The notes under the pieces were generated by a model. The model did not search any database, was not told the origin of the DNA, and saw only the letters and a program-made list of their open reading frames with translations. Shown here piece after piece: positions 10,292 to 21,263 of a stretch of DNA of 64,000 nt. Source of the stretch: Obrimoposthia wandeli (taxonomy: Eukaryota). The stretch is from NCBI GenBank assembly GCA_977020255.1, contig CDROCS010002834.1, positions 496,001-560,000 on the forward strand, given 5' to 3'. Numbering within the stretch: position 1 is the first letter of the stretch; the number at the start of each line of letters is the position of its first letter. The position numbers and the translations under genes were made by a program.

Positions 10292-11155
10292 TTATTTCAT
10301 CATGACACTCATGGCGATACCTAAAAATATCAGCATGCCAACATAGTTATTATTCAAAAATGCTTTAAAACACAGTTCACGTTTTCGGCTTCCGATCAGT
10401 CGTTGTTGATACACAAATAAGCCTGATGCCATTAATAAGAACCAATAATAAACTTGATGTAAATCGAGGCTGTGCCCAATAGAAATCATTAGCACTAAAG
10501 TACTTAACTGCAATAAACCAATAATAATTTTATCAAAGCGCCCAAATAAAATGGCGGCGGATTTGATGCCAACTTTTAAATCGTCATCGCGATCGACCAT
10601 GGCGTACTGGGTATCGTAAGCAATGGTCCATAATATATTGGCGGCAAACAATAACCATGCAACCACAGGTAACTCGCCCGCTTGTGCGGCGTACGCCATT
10701 GGAATTGACCAACCAAATGCCATACCCAGTACAAGCTGCGGTAAATGGGTATAACGCTTCATAAACGGATAGGCTGCGGCCAATGCCAGCCCAACGACAG
10801 AGAGCATAACCGTTAAGGTATTCATGGTCAGTACTAATAAAAACGACACTAAGACCAATAAACCGAATAAACCGAGCGCTTCACGTTCCGATACCTTACC
10901 CGATGGCATTGGTCGTTCAGCAGTGCGTTTTACATGGCCATCAAAATTACGATCAGCAAAATCATTAATCACACAGCCAGCTGCGCGCATAAAAATAACA
11001 CCAAGCACGAACACCACCAGCACATGGATATTGGGTAAATCATCAGCGGCTAAAAACAGTGCCCACAATGTTGGCCATAACAAAAGCAAACTACCAATGG
11101 GGCGATCAAATCGTGCCAGCTGACAAAATGCTTTCGCCTTAGTCATTGCTAACAT
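10292..11155 (-). CDS. ubiA: 4-hydroxybenzoate octaprenyltransferase
   Basis: [16 protein letters not shown] and [13 protein letters not shown] Asp-rich motifs. Confidence 0.98.
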   Translation of the reverse strand: MLAMTKAKAFCQLARFDRPIGSLLLLWPTLWALFLAADDLPNIHVLVVFVLGVIFMRAAGCVINDFADRNFDGHVKRTAERPMPSGKVSEREALGLFGLLVLVSFLLVLTMNTLTVMLSVVGLALAAAYPFMKRYTHLPQLVLGMAFGWSIPMAYAAQAGELPVVAWLLFAANILWTIAYDTQYAMVDRDDDLKVGIKSAAILFGRFDKIIIGLLQLSTLVLMISIGHSLDLHQVYYWFLLMASGLFVYQQRLIGSRKRELCFKAFLNNNYVGMLIFLGIAMSVMMK

Positions 11156-11691
11156 TGTCTCTCCTTTGAATACACCGGGGCTTGTGCCAAAAATAATTCA
11201 GCCACCAGCAACGGTTTGTTATTTATCCATAAACGTGAACGGCGAGCCCATATTGGCTGTGCTTGTGTTCCTGTATTCGCAACTTCCAATGCATCACGAC
11301 GCGCACTTTGATCGGTAAATATCCGAAAACCTAATGGCATCTCACCTAATTGCTCAAGATCACTCTCTTGCCCAGTAAGGGTCGATAGTGGGATTAAAGT
11401 ACGCGCAAATACCCACGGTTGCCCGTCACCCATCAAGATGACTTTTCGTAATAAACAATCAACATCACCGATCAACTCACGTTCATCAGCCGATAACATC
11501 ATACTATCGATTTTCTTCTGCTCAATGAGCGACACGGTAAATTCATCACAATGACGCTGAAGTCGACGTGATAATGAATTAGGTTCAAGCAACCAATGCC
11601 CAAACGCTGTGCCTTCTATCGCGAGTGAAAGGGGTGTTTCCCACTGCGCATTATCCAATAATGGTTTATACAACTGCTTGAATTTCGACAT
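11149..11691 (-). CDS. ubiC: Chorismate pyruvate-lyase
   Basis: [35 protein letters not shown]; overlaps ubiA start. Confidence 0.95.
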   Translation of the reverse strand: MSKFKQLYKPLLDNAQWETPLSLAIEGTAFGHWLLEPNSLSRRLQRHCDEFTVSLIEQKKIDSMMLSADERELIGDVDCLLRKVILMGDGQPWVFARTLIPLSTLTGQESDLEQLGEMPLGFRIFTDQSARRDALEVANTGTQAQPIWARRSRLWINNKPLLVAELFLAQAPVYSKERQC

Positions 11692-11850
11692 CTTTCCAAT
11701 TCGAACGCTACAAGCTTATAATTAAAATAGCTTGGTAGAATGCGGTTAATTTATTACCATGATGATCTGCTATTGTAGCAAGCCGTAACGAGTAGGAATA
11801 TCGTTACGGTCGAAAGATAGCAATTCATTGCGACAAATTCAGATAAACCC

Positions 11851-12276
11851 ATGAGTGTAATGATGAAATCGACAATCTTTGGCTTCACCCTTTTTTTGGC
11901 TAGTTTTCTAGCTACCCAGTATGTTGCAGCAGCAGATGCCCCCCTGTCGCAGCCTAATTATTCTTATTACACCTTAACCCCCGACATAACGACCAACTAC
12001 GTTACTCAGGGTAAAAAACTAGGCTATTTGCGCTTACAGATCGATTTAATGGTCTCTGATCCCAGCTTAATCGAACAAGTGGAACATCATTCGCCATTAA
12101 TTCGTGATGCTATTATCAACATCATTGGTCAACAGCCAGAAGCAAAAGTGAAATCGTTGGCGGGGCGTGAAGAGATTCGTCAAGCCTGCTTGGCCAAAGT
12201 GAATGAACTGCTGATCACAGAGACCCGACAAAAACTTGTAACAGAGTTATTGTTTACAAAATATCTGTACCAATAA
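11851..12276 (+). CDS. fliL: Flagellar basal body-associated FliL-like protein (orphan copy)
   Basis: N-terminal hydrophobic segment, ITTNY...YLRLQIDLM, PLIRDAII, ELLFTKYLYQ. Confidence 0.85.
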   Translation: MSVMMKSTIFGFTLFLASFLATQYVAAADAPLSQPNYSYYTLTPDITTNYVTQGKKLGYLRLQIDLMVSDPSLIEQVEHHSPLIRDAIINIIGQQPEAKVKSLAGREEIRQACLAKVNELLITETRQKLVTELLFTKYLYQ

Positions 12277-12312
12277 CGGCTGATAGTCGTTATGGCATTT
12301 ATTATCAGCAAT

Positions 12313-12340
12313 AAAAAAAGGCGCTCAATGAGCGCCTTTT
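12313..12340. terminator. Bidirectional terminator between fliL and glpD
   Basis: AAAAAAAGGCGCTC-AAT-GAGCGCCTTTT. Confidence 0.85.
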
Positions 12341-12412
12341 AACTATTTATTTTGTATTAACCTTGCAGCACTAAAGCGTTATAACCTTAGTCATAGTTAA
12401 CTCATCTATCGC

Positions 12413-13960
12413 TTATGCCGCGACATTTGCTTCTGATTTTTTAGCCGCAATAGATAGTGCTTTATCCGTAATGTACTGTGCCACCGCTGCGATTTGCTCA
12501 TCATTTAGATACAAACCTAATTTACTACGGCGCCACAATGCATCAATTTCATTTTGCGCAAATTCTTGCTCAATCATGTAATCAAGTTCGCGAGCATAAA
12601 GGCCTTCGCCAAAATGTTGACCCATATCAGCTTCACCATTGACTCCCTCTAACAATCTCACCGCTCGGTTACCGTAGTTCGTTGCCATACGCTCACACGT
12701 AAAGGCAGATAACCATGCATGCTGTTGTTGCAGCTTCTTGGCCAGCTGTGGGATGCTAAAGTTCGCTTCACCACCCGGCAAATACGAATCAGCGGTCCAG
12801 CTTGGTCCCATGTTGGAGAAGAAAGGCGATAACTTAGTCATCGCGGCTTCAGCAAGCTTACGGTATGTGGTTAGCTTACCCCCGAAAATAGATAGTAAAG
12901 GGGCTTGATTCGCTTCTTGTTCAAGCTCTAAAGTATAATCACGGGTAATTGCTTGTGGTGAGTCTGATTCATCATCACATAGCGGACGCACGCCACTGTA
13001 GGTCCATACCACATCAGTACGATCCAGCTTTTTCACAAAATTGGTGTTGTAAGCTTTTAATAAGTAATCGATCTCGTTATCATCAATTGCCACATTACGC
13101 GGATCACCATTGTATTCAACATCCGTCGTACCAATAATCGAAAAACGATCTAAATAAGGAATAACGAAAACAATTCGATTATCTTCATTTTGCAAAATGT
13201 ACGCTTGCGGTTCATCGTGTGCGCGTGGCACGACAATGTGCGAACCTTTAATTAAGCGAATATTGCGCGGAGATACTTCTTCCATGCTGTTATCGAAGAA
13301 CGCTTTCACCCAAGGGCCAGCCGCATTCACCAACGCACGTGATTTACGTACAAATAGTTCGTTCGTTTGAACATCGCGAATGGTCACAAGCCAAAATTCA
13401 CCTTCACGTACCGCTTTTTCAACACGGCAACGATTACGTACATCCCCACCTTTTTCAGCCACTTCCATTGCATTTAAAAGTACCAAACGTGCATCATCGA
13501 CCCAGCAATCTGAGTATTCGAAGCCTTTGGTGATTTCTGGAATTAAGACTGAATCTTGACCAAATTTAAGGCCATGGCTCGCAGGTAATGTGGTGCGTTT
13601 ACCCAAGTTATCATACATAAATAAGCCAGCACGAATCATCCAAGCCGGACGAAGGTGTGGGCGGTGAGGCAAACGAAAACGCATAGGACGAGCAATGTGA
13701 GGAATTTTTTTCAATAGCACTTCACGCTCTGCCAACGCTTCGCCAACTAAACGGAATTCATAGTGCTCAAGATAACGAAGACCGCCATGGATCAACTTCG
13801 AACTCGCAGAAGACGTAGCAGAAGCAAAGTCATCAGCTTCATATAAACCGACGCTCAAACCTCGTCCAGCAGCATCAGCGGCAATACCAGCACCATTAAT
13901 ACCACCACCTACTACAATTAGATCCAAAATCTGCGTGTTTTCTGCCGTCATGCCATCCAC
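12413..13960 (-). CDS. glpD: Aerobic glycerol-3-phosphate dehydrogenase
   Basis: GGGINGAG FAD motif, SSASSKLIHGGLRYLE, GGKLTTYRKLAE. Confidence 0.98.
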   Translation of the reverse strand: MDGMTAENTQILDLIVVGGGINGAGIAADAAGRGLSVGLYEADDFASATSSASSKLIHGGLRYLEHYEFRLVGEALAEREVLLKKIPHIARPMRFRLPHRPHLRPAWMIRAGLFMYDNLGKRTTLPASHGLKFGQDSVLIPEITKGFEYSDCWVDDARLVLLNAMEVAEKGGDVRNRCRVEKAVREGEFWLVTIRDVQTNELFVRKSRALVNAAGPWVKAFFDNSMEEVSPRNIRLIKGSHIVVPRAHDEPQAYILQNEDNRIVFVIPYLDRFSIIGTTDVEYNGDPRNVAIDDNEIDYLLKAYNTNFVKKLDRTDVVWTYSGVRPLCDDESDSPQAITRDYTLELEQEANQAPLLSIFGGKLTTYRKLAEAAMTKLSPFFSNMGPSWTADSYLPGGEANFSIPQLAKKLQQQHAWLSAFTCERMATNYGNRAVRLLEGVNGEADMGQHFGEGLYARELDYMIEQEFAQNEIDALWRRSKLGLYLNDEQIAAVAQYITDKALSIAAKKSEANVAA

Positions 13961-14000
13961 CTATCCCATAATATGCTTGATGTTGATAATTCGAAACCAA

Positions 14001-14042
14001 AACGAACATTGGAATGTTCGTTTTGATTCGATAACGAGCATC
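14001..14042. promoter_or_regulatory. GlpR operator half-sites upstream of glpD
   Basis: AACGAACATT (14001), AATGTTCGTT (14013), TTGATTCGAT (14023), AACGAGCATC (14033) resemble the E. coli GlpR half-site WATGTTCGWT / AWCGAACATW. Confidence 0.7.
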
Positions 14043-14214
14043 ATAACTGACAATTAACTCAAGATCATCATTATTATTTGCGATTTGTTATAAAAATATG
14101 ACCAATTCGTCAAATAACACGCATAAAAAACGGACTGCCATTACTGACAGTCCGCTTAGGAAAGCTGTTCGACACGCTTTCGTATCGGTTATCTCTTTTT
14201 GTTATCACGTTTTA

Positions 14215-14994
14215 TCAATCTGGAGCGTTGTTTTGACCAACCACTTCCATATGGATTTCATGCTCAGTAATCAGCTTCGCTAACGCTTCTGGCGGATGTT
14301 CGTCGGTAAACAGCATATCAATTTGGCTAATATTACCCAAATTCACCATTGCATTACGACCAAATTTCGTATGATCGGCACCCAGCATAACGCAGCGGCT
14401 GTTTTCAATAATCGCTTGTTTTACGCGTACTTCATGATAATCAAAATCAAGTAATGAGCCATCAAGATCAATACCACTGATCCCCATAATGCCGAAATCT
14501 AACCGAAACTGGGAAATAAAATCGAGGGTTGCTTCACCCACAATACCACCGTCGCGGTTACGTACTTCACCGCCCGCTAAGATAACGCGAAAATCATCTT
14601 TTCCCGTTAATACGCTGGCAACATTCAAGTTATTCGTCACGATACGCAAATCGTTATGATTAAGCAGTGCACGAGCAACCGCTTCAGGTGTGGTACCAAT
14701 ATCAATAAATAGCGTAGCCCCATCAGGAATATGTTCTGCCATGGCTTCTGCAATACGGTCTTTTTCAACCAACTGCATGACTTTACGCGTATTGTAAGAG
14801 GTATTAACGGAACTGGATGGAATGGTTGCTCCGCCGTGATGGCGACGAATTTGATTTTCAGCGGCGAGTTCATTCAGATCTCGTCGAATTGTTTGAGGAC
14901 TCACGTTAAAACGTTCAACCAGGTCATCAGTACTGACATAGCCCTGGGTTTTAACGATGTCGATAATTTCTTGATGTCGTTTGCTTTGCTTCAC
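14215..14994 (-). CDS. glpR: Glycerol-3-phosphate regulon repressor (DeoR family)
   Basis: VSPQTIRRDL HTH, FIDIGTT, DHTKFGR; glp context. Confidence 0.96.
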   Translation of the reverse strand: MKQSKRHQEIIDIVKTQGYVSTDDLVERFNVSPQTIRRDLNELAAENQIRRHHGGATIPSSSVNTSYNTRKVMQLVEKDRIAEAMAEHIPDGATLFIDIGTTPEAVARALLNHNDLRIVTNNLNVASVLTGKDDFRVILAGGEVRNRDGGIVGEATLDFISQFRLDFGIMGISGIDLDGSLLDFDYHEVRVKQAIIENSRCVMLGADHTKFGRNAMVNLGNISQIDMLFTDEHPPEALAKLITEHEIHMEVVGQNNAPD

Positions 14995-15091
14995 TGCTAA
15001 CGCTGCTCCTGGTTACAACAAGGCTCCGCGAATACGGAGCCTTATCATATTACCTACCGCGGTAGAAAGATGCCAATGATGACGATCTCAA

Positions 15092-16462
15092 TCATGCATT
15101 TTGTTGTGCACGCTCAATGGCACGTTTTTCATGCTCCTTGTTTTCACCCATTAGTGCTAATACAAGGAAGAAGATTGATAAACCACAGGCTGAAACCAGC
15201 ACCATGAAACCACCATCCCAACCAAAGTGGTCAACGGTATAGCCTAATACAATGTTTGCCACAACCGCACCACCAAGGTATCCAAACAGGCCAGTAAGGC
15301 CAGCTGCCGTACCCGCTGCTTTCTTAGGTGCTAGCTCTAACGCATACAGACCAATAAGCATTACCGGACCATAAATAAGGAAGCCGATAGCAACCAGTGC
15401 AGCCATATCGACCATTGGGTTGCCCGGAGGGTTAAACCAGTAAACCAATACCGCAATCGTTACAAGTGACATAAATAAGATGCCAGCAGGTGCACGACGA
15501 CCTTTAAAGAATTTATCTGACATCCAACCACACAGTAATGTGCCAGGAATACCAGCCCACTCATAAAGGAAATATGCCCAAGACGATTTATCTACGGAGA
15601 AATCTTTTACTTCACTTAAGTACACAGGAGCCCAATCAAGTACGCCATAACGAATCAAGTAAACAAATGCGTTTGCAATTGCAATAAACCACAATAATTT
15701 GTTGTTAAATACATACTTGAAGAAGATTTCCTTACCGGTCATCTCTTTTTCATGTGATTCATCGTAGTTTTCTGGGTAATCGTTTTTATATTCTTCAATG
15801 GCAGGCAAACCACAAGATTGTGGTGTATCACGCATGGCGACTAATGTGAAAGCGGCAACCAACAACGCGAAGAATGCCGGTACGTAAAATGCCGTACGCC
15901 AGTCATCGTTAAAGGCCCATAAACCCAATAAGAACATTGGACCGATTAAACCACCACCCACGTTATGCGCGACGTTCCAAACAGACACTAATTCGCCACG
16001 TTCTTTGCGTGACCACCAGTGCACCATTGTTCGGCCACAAGCTGGCCATCCCATACCCTGAAACCAACCGTTCAAGAACAATAAGATAAACATGGCGGTA
16101 ATACTGCTTGTTGCCCAAGGCATAAAGCCAAAGCACAGCATCACCAACGCCGACATGGTCAAACCTGCCGCCATAAAATAGCGTGGATTAGAACGGTCTG
16201 ACACACTCCCCATTAAAAACTTTGATAAACCATAGGCAATAGAAACAGCGGCCAGAGCAACACCTAAGTCACCACGGCTGTAGCCGTATTCTTCAATCAA
16301 GAAAGGCATTGCCAACGTGAAGTTTTTACGGACCAGATAATAACCAGCATAGCCAAAGAAGATGCCCATAAAGAGCTGCCAACGTAGACGTTTATAGACA
16401 GGGTCTATTTGTCCACCAGACAGTTTCGCAGTATGAACTGCAGGTTTAAAGATGCCAAACAT
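15092..16462 (-). CDS. glpT: Glycerol-3-phosphate transporter (MFS)
   Basis: [39 protein letters not shown]. Confidence 0.98.
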   Translation of the reverse strand: MFGIFKPAVHTAKLSGGQIDPVYKRLRWQLFMGIFFGYAGYYLVRKNFTLAMPFLIEEYGYSRGDLGVALAAVSIAYGLSKFLMGSVSDRSNPRYFMAAGLTMSALVMLCFGFMPWATSSITAMFILLFLNGWFQGMGWPACGRTMVHWWSRKERGELVSVWNVAHNVGGGLIGPMFLLGLWAFNDDWRTAFYVPAFFALLVAAFTLVAMRDTPQSCGLPAIEEYKNDYPENYDESHEKEMTGKEIFFKYVFNNKLLWFIAIANAFVYLIRYGVLDWAPVYLSEVKDFSVDKSSWAYFLYEWAGIPGTLLCGWMSDKFFKGRRAPAGILFMSLVTIAVLVYWFNPPGNPMVDMAALVAIGFLIYGPVMLIGLYALELAPKKAAGTAAGLTGLFGYLGGAVVANIVLGYTVDHFGWDGGFMVLVSACGLSIFFLVLALMGENKEHEKRAIERAQQNA

Positions 16463-16598
16463 AAGGTGTTCCTTTAAAAGTTATTGTTATTTTAGCAAGG
16501 ACGATTTTGAACAGAGTACTGTTGTCACGATATTGCTTTTAACAAATTGTTGATTTTCATTGTTGTTTCAGCGATGGATTACGCGAACGCAAGCTATA

Positions 16599-16709
16599 AA
16601 CGAGCAAAACAATCGATTTCGCTCAATCGGCGCGGATTATTACGCGAATGAAAAGATAAAGATGTGAAAACAATCATAAACGAAGATTTATATTTCATAA
16701 TCGAAGATT
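16599..16709. promoter_or_regulatory. Probable GlpR half-sites upstream of glpT
   Basis: AACGAGCAAA (16599), AACGAAGATT (16679), ATCGAAGATT (16700); the last two match AWCGAACATW 9/10. Confidence 0.5.
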
Positions 16710-16835
16710 TATTTTTTAAAAATGAGATGTTTTGCCTAGAAATGCAGATGAATAAATTGAAGTGCTCTTTGAATCAGAGACTAATGCCATTCGCAACAGG
16801 AAATGGAACGACATTAGTCTTGAGAGGAAGGGGAA

Positions 16836-17678
16836 TTATTGGTGGTTCGACTTTCCTAATTTCGCATCAACAAGGGCGATTAAACATCCACTGATCAAAC
16901 CAAATAAATGCGCCATGTTCGCTATCGACATGCCCATCGGCTCAGCAAATCCAATCACCAGCCATGCCAGCATAAAACCGACATACGCTTTTGGCATAGT
17001 AAGCCCCCGTTTAGGTGCCAACCAGCCCATCCACCAGATGTAGCCCATTAACGCGTAAACAACCCCGGATAAACCACCAAAATTAGGACCATGAAGCCAA
17101 AATTGCGCAAATCCTGATATCAATGCAGATATTAAAAAGACTTGAACCAGTTTTACGCTACCACTATGCCGTTCTAATTGCCCCCCGAGAATCCACCACC
17201 ATAAGCAATTAAAAATAATGTGTAAGGCAGAAAAGTGAATCAAAGCGTGTGAAAAAAATCGCCACACTTGCCATTGGTCACCATCCATAAACGGGAAATG
17301 AAATAGATCAAAAATCGGTTGTTGCAGACCGAAGAACCACAATACATAAATAGCGATAACCACCACCATAACCGATAAACTAAACGGTCCAGCCTGTGAT
17401 TTAACCATCCCAATTAAACTCGGGCTTCGATAATTGAATTTTGCCGTACGGCTTTCGGCCACATCCCAAGATGCTGCTTGATACTTAGATTCGTGCGGAT
17501 TACTCAAAAAAGCGTTGAGTTCAGCTTCTGCTTCAACCTGATGTTGAATATCAACTAACCAGATGGCAAAGACACCTTCTGGTTCAGATGCTAAAGACAA
17601 TGTAATACCACGCGACGCCATATAGTCGATAAACGCTTGCGCCTGACGAGGATTATGGAATCCAGCTAATCGTTGCAT
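16836..17678 (-). CDS. glpG: Rhomboid intramembrane serine protease
   Basis: WRFFSHALIHFS, GGLSG catalytic Ser, ANMAHLFG catalytic His. Confidence 0.97.
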   Translation of the reverse strand: MQRLAGFHNPRQAQAFIDYMASRGITLSLASEPEGVFAIWLVDIQHQVEAEAELNAFLSNPHESKYQAASWDVAESRTAKFNYRSPSLIGMVKSQAGPFSLSVMVVVIAIYVLWFFGLQQPIFDLFHFPFMDGDQWQVWRFFSHALIHFSALHIIFNCLWWWILGGQLERHSGSVKLVQVFLISALISGFAQFWLHGPNFGGLSGVVYALMGYIWWMGWLAPKRGLTMPKAYVGFMLAWLVIGFAEPMGMSIANMAHLFGLISGCLIALVDAKLGKSNHQ

Positions 17679-17718
17679 CTATTACTCCGATAAAATATCA
17701 GATCGACAATGGGTAACG

Positions 17719-18051
17719 TTAACCGATCTGCTGAATAATGGGTAAAGCCTGACGACGCCAAGCTTCAAAGCCACCATCCAAACTATACACCGCTTCAAAC
17801 CCTTGGTTAATCAAATATTGTGCTGCACCTTGGCTGCTAATGCCGTGATAACACATCACAATCACAGGTTGTTCAAAATCAACCTGATTCATTAGCTCAA
17901 CCATGGTGTCATTCGTCAGGTGATAAGCATTTTCAGGATGTGCTAACCCAAATGATTGAGGGTCACGAATATCCACTAATACTGCCTGTGATTCTTCTTG
18001 CTGTAATAAGCTATATGCTTGATCAACTGAAATATGTTCAAACTGTTCCAT
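17719..18051 (-). CDS. glpE: Thiosulfate sulfurtransferase (rhodanese)
   Basis: [25 protein letters not shown]. Confidence 0.96.
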   Translation of the reverse strand: MEQFEHISVDQAYSLLQQEESQAVLVDIRDPQSFGLAHPENAYHLTNDTMVELMNQVDFEQPVIVMCYHGISSQGAAQYLINQGFEAVYSLDGGFEAWRRQALPIIQQIG

Positions 18052-18082
18052 TGGTTGCCTCTTGGTCCTAATAATAGATATC

Positions 18083-18671
18083 GATCTTTCCCGCTATCAA
18101 AGTGTGATGATCGTCCGATTTAGGATCCCATCGATAACATGGCGAAGGAAATATCGTTGTCACCTATTGTACCTTACTCAGTTACTCACAACCTCGTACA
18201 GAATGTAGGGGCTTATCCACACTGTGAAAGTAACCGCTAGTGTAGGTACCATGGGGCTTTGAAAAAGAGAAATGATACCTTGCAACCAAAAAGAGCAAAA
18301 AACAACCAGCTGTGGAAAAGCCTGTGGATTGCGTTGATAATGTGTTTTCAAATAATAGGATCCACTATATGTAGTGAGGATCCGATCATAAGCTGTGCAT
18401 AACTCACTCTGTAGTCCACAAGGATATTCACAAACGTGCGTTATATCTCAAAAACATCCCCAAAGATATCCCAACAAAAAAGGCACCATCTATCGCTATA
18501 ATTTGATGATACTTCAAGGTGAAAGCAACAGCAGCTCGGTAAATTCAACACGTTAGAAAAAGTTACACACCGAATTTTTGCCACAAAAAAACCGACCATG
18601 ATAAGTCGGTTTTTATTTTACTGCCTGTGGATAGCCTTATAACGATCGAGATCATCGTAATAAACTAGATC
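18083..18671. promoter_or_regulatory. Cluster of DnaA boxes and GATC sites (replication-control-like locus)
   Basis: Perfect TTWTNCACA boxes at 18213-18221 (+), 18311-18319 (-), 18394-18402 (-); 1-mismatch boxes at 18182, 18424, 18577, 18626; nine GATC sites. Confidence 0.7.
18585..18615. terminator. Intrinsic terminator after rpoH
   Basis: AAAAAAACCGAC-N8-GTCGGTTTTT. Confidence 0.8.
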
Positions 18672-19532
18672 CTAGTAAAAATCGCCTACTGCTTCTTTCA
18701 GCTTCTTCATGGCATTTTTTTCAAGCTGGCGAACCCTTTCGGCAGATATGCCGTAGTGATTAGCTAAATCTTGTAAGGTCGTCTTTTCATCATCTAACCA
18801 ACGAGATCGCACAATATGCTGACTGCGATCATCTAATCCTGCTAATGCATTGGATAGACGGTTGTTAGTATGTTTTTCCCAGTTATTTTCTTCGTAGCTT
18901 AAAGCAACATCAGAGGCTTTATCTTCAAGGAAATAGACAGGAGCAGTGTAGCCTGCATCACGATCATCATCTTCATTTGGTAATTCAAATGCGGGATCTT
19001 GTGCGGCTAAACGTGATTCCATCTCGCGTACTTCAGATGGATTAACACCAAGTTGTTCTGCAACCATTTCAACTTCTGCGTTGTTAAACCAACCCAGACG
19101 CTTTTTTGACTTACGCAGATTAAAGAATAGTTTACGCTGCGCTTTGGTTGTCGCAACTTTCACGATACGCCAATTGCGTAAAACATATTCATGTATTTCA
19201 GCTTTAATCCAGTGTACCGCGAAAGACACCAAGCGAACCCCAACTTCAGGGTTGAAGCGTTTTACCGCTTTCATCAAGCCGATGTTGCCTTCCTGTATTA
19301 GGTCGGCTATTGGTAAGCCATAACCGGAATAGCCACGAGCAACGTGTACAACAAAGCGCATATGTGACATTACCAAACCTTTCGCAGCTTCAATATCGCC
19401 ATCATAATGCAGACGTTCAGCTAACTCTTTTTCTTGCTCTGCGGTAAGCATTGGGTGTCTATTGACTGTCTGGATATAACTATCCAAGCTACCAGCAGAA
19501 ATTAGAGCCATTGAAGACATCTCTTTTGCCAT
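18672..19532 (-). CDS. rpoH: RNA polymerase sigma-32 factor
   Basis: [14 protein letters not shown], RpoH box [19 protein letters not shown]; downstream of ftsX. Confidence 0.99.
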   Translation of the reverse strand: MAKEMSSMALISAGSLDSYIQTVNRHPMLTAEQEKELAERLHYDGDIEAAKGLVMSHMRFVVHVARGYSGYGLPIADLIQEGNIGLMKAVKRFNPEVGVRLVSFAVHWIKAEIHEYVLRNWRIVKVATTKAQRKLFFNLRKSKKRLGWFNNAEVEMVAEQLGVNPSEVREMESRLAAQDPAFELPNEDDDRDAGYTAPVYFLEDKASDVALSYEENNWEKHTNNRLSNALAGLDDRSQHIVRSRWLDDEKTTLQDLANHYGISAERVRQLEKNAMKKLKEAVGDFY

Positions 19533-19564
19533 TCAAAAAAACCTCGTGTGTTTTTTATACCAAT

Positions 19565-19600
19565 ATAACGTTATCTGAACACCGATAACGTTATCTGAAC
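19565..19600. repeat. 16-bp direct repeat (ATAACGTTATCTGAAC) x2, period 20, each with palindromic core ATAACGTTAT
   Basis: 19565-19580 and 19585-19600, in the rpoH leader. Confidence 0.9.
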
Positions 19601-19675
19601 CTGTAATAATGCCAAGAAAATAGGTCGCTTTGCAAGCGAGCCGCGTAATTTACACCATTTTTCAACAAAAAAATG

Positions 19676-20608
19676 TCAGATAGGTTCAATTTCTTTCAAA
19701 TGACGCCCCGCAGAAAAGCGAGCTGCAAGCAATCCAAGGAAGGCCGCTGTCATCATCAAAATCAGACTTTCATCCCAACTTAAACCCACTAAACGGAAGT
19801 TGCTGTCGTATAACATCGCGAGTTTTTCAACCGCACCGTCAAGAAGTATAGTCACTATTGTCGTTAGTACCCACGCAATAACAGCCCCTATTAGGCCGTA
19901 CCACACCCCAACATATAAGTAAGGACGCAGAATAAAGCTGTCTGTCGCCCCCACCATCTTCATCACTTGAATTCTATCTTTCTGGTTCAACACTTGAAGA
20001 CGTAGGGTGTTACCTACAATTAAAAAGACCGCAAACAGCATTAAACCTGACATCAATAACGCCAAGGTAACAGAGAGATCCTGAATCGCCGCTAACCGTT
20101 GTAGCCAGTCACTGTCTAATCGCACTTCATCCACAGTGGGCTCGGTGCGAATTTTAGTGGCGAGTTGTGCTGCTTGTTCATTATTTTGCCAATCAGGTGC
20201 TGGCCGTACAATAATCACAGCCGGTAATGGATTCTCATCCAGCAAACTGAGTGCTTGCTCAAAACCCGCATGTTCTCTGAAATCTTCAAGGCCTTTATCG
20301 GGTGAAATATACGTGACTGCTTCAATTTCAGGCCACGATTGTAACTGCTCAGAAAAATCAGCACCGACTTGCTCTGAAGCATTATTCTCTAAATACAACG
20401 TAAGTTGGGTCGGGTTTTGCCAAGCTTGTGCCACCAAGGTGACGTTTTTCGCTAATAAATAAAACGTTGAAGGTAACGTTAAGGCAAACGCTAAGACCGC
20501 GAGTGTTAAAATATTACCTAACGGACGCTTAAAAAGATCATTCAGTGCTTCAAAACACTGCTGCTTATGAATCGCAAAAAAGCCAGTTTGTTTACGCGCC
20601 ACGGGCAA
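19676..20608 (-). CDS. ftsX: Cell division permease FtsX
   Basis: ALTLP, GNTLRL, MKMVGATDSFILRPYLY. Confidence 0.97.
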   Translation of the reverse strand: MPVARKQTGFFAIHKQQCFEALNDLFKRPLGNILTLAVLAFALTLPSTFYLLAKNVTLVAQAWQNPTQLTLYLENNASEQVGADFSEQLQSWPEIEAVTYISPDKGLEDFREHAGFEQALSLLDENPLPAVIIVRPAPDWQNNEQAAQLATKIRTEPTVDEVRLDSDWLQRLAAIQDLSVTLALLMSGLMLFAVFLIVGNTLRLQVLNQKDRIQVMKMVGATDSFILRPYLYVGVWYGLIGAVIAWVLTTIVTILLDGAVEKLAMLYDSNFRLVGLSWDESLILMMTAAFLGLLAARFSAGRHLKEIEPI

Positions 20609-21260
20609 GCTCCCTTAAATGACCTTGGTGCAAATCTAATCGACGGTAGTTATGTGTCGATAATAGCGATGTATCGTGTGTTGCCATCAATACACAGACC
20701 CCAACACGATTAAATTCTTCAAATAAACGCATTACTTGTTGTGATAATTCGGCATCTAAATTACCGGTGGGTTCATCCGCTAATAGCAACATGGGTTTAT
20801 TGACTACAGCCCGAGCAATGCCCACTCGTTGCTGTTCACCACCGGATAATTGAATCGGTAAACAACGTGCTTTATCAAGCAGCCCCACTTTATCAAGGGC
20901 TGCTGATACACGACGTTTAACATCATTTTCAGACACTTGATCTACCCGTAAAGGTAAAGCAACGTTATCGTAGACACTGCTGTCCATCAATAATTTGTGG
21001 TCTTGAAAAATGATGCCTATATTACGACGTAAAAAGGGTATCTGCTTATTGTCGATACGTGTTGTTTCATGACCATTAAAAAAGATATGACCATCACTTG
21101 GTCGCTCTATGGCACAAATCAATTTCAGCAGGGTGCTTTTACCTGCTCCAGAATGACCAGTTAAAAAAGCCATATCTGCTGACCGCAGATGAAAATCTAC
21201 TTTTTGTAGCGCTTGGCTACCGCCACGATAGGCTTTACTTACCTGCTGAAATCGAATCAC
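20592..21260 (-). CDS. ftsE: Cell division ATP-binding protein FtsE
   Basis: [27 protein letters not shown]. Confidence 0.98.
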   Translation of the reverse strand: MIRFQQVSKAYRGGSQALQKVDFHLRSADMAFLTGHSGAGKSTLLKLICAIERPSDGHIFFNGHETTRIDNKQIPFLRRNIGIIFQDHKLLMDSSVYDNVALPLRVDQVSENDVKRRVSAALDKVGLLDKARCLPIQLSGGEQQRVGIARAVVNKPMLLLADEPTGNLDAELSQQVMRLFEEFNRVGVCVLMATHDTSLLSTHNYRRLDLHQGHLRELARGA

Positions 21261-21263
21261 ACG

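Noticed and set aside
16664-17043. Short + strand ORFs near glpG
   Set aside because: Lie in the AT-rich promoter or antisense to glpG; no support
18083-18671. Chromosomal origin oriC
   Set aside because: No AT-rich 13-mer DUE array and no mioC/gidA/dnaA flanks; kept only as a DARS/datA-like candidate
19660-19690. Sigma-E promoter for rpoH at the end of ftsX (GAACCT…GTTGAA, minus strand)
   Set aside because: -35 is plausible but -10 and spacing are poor; cannot be supported without TSS data
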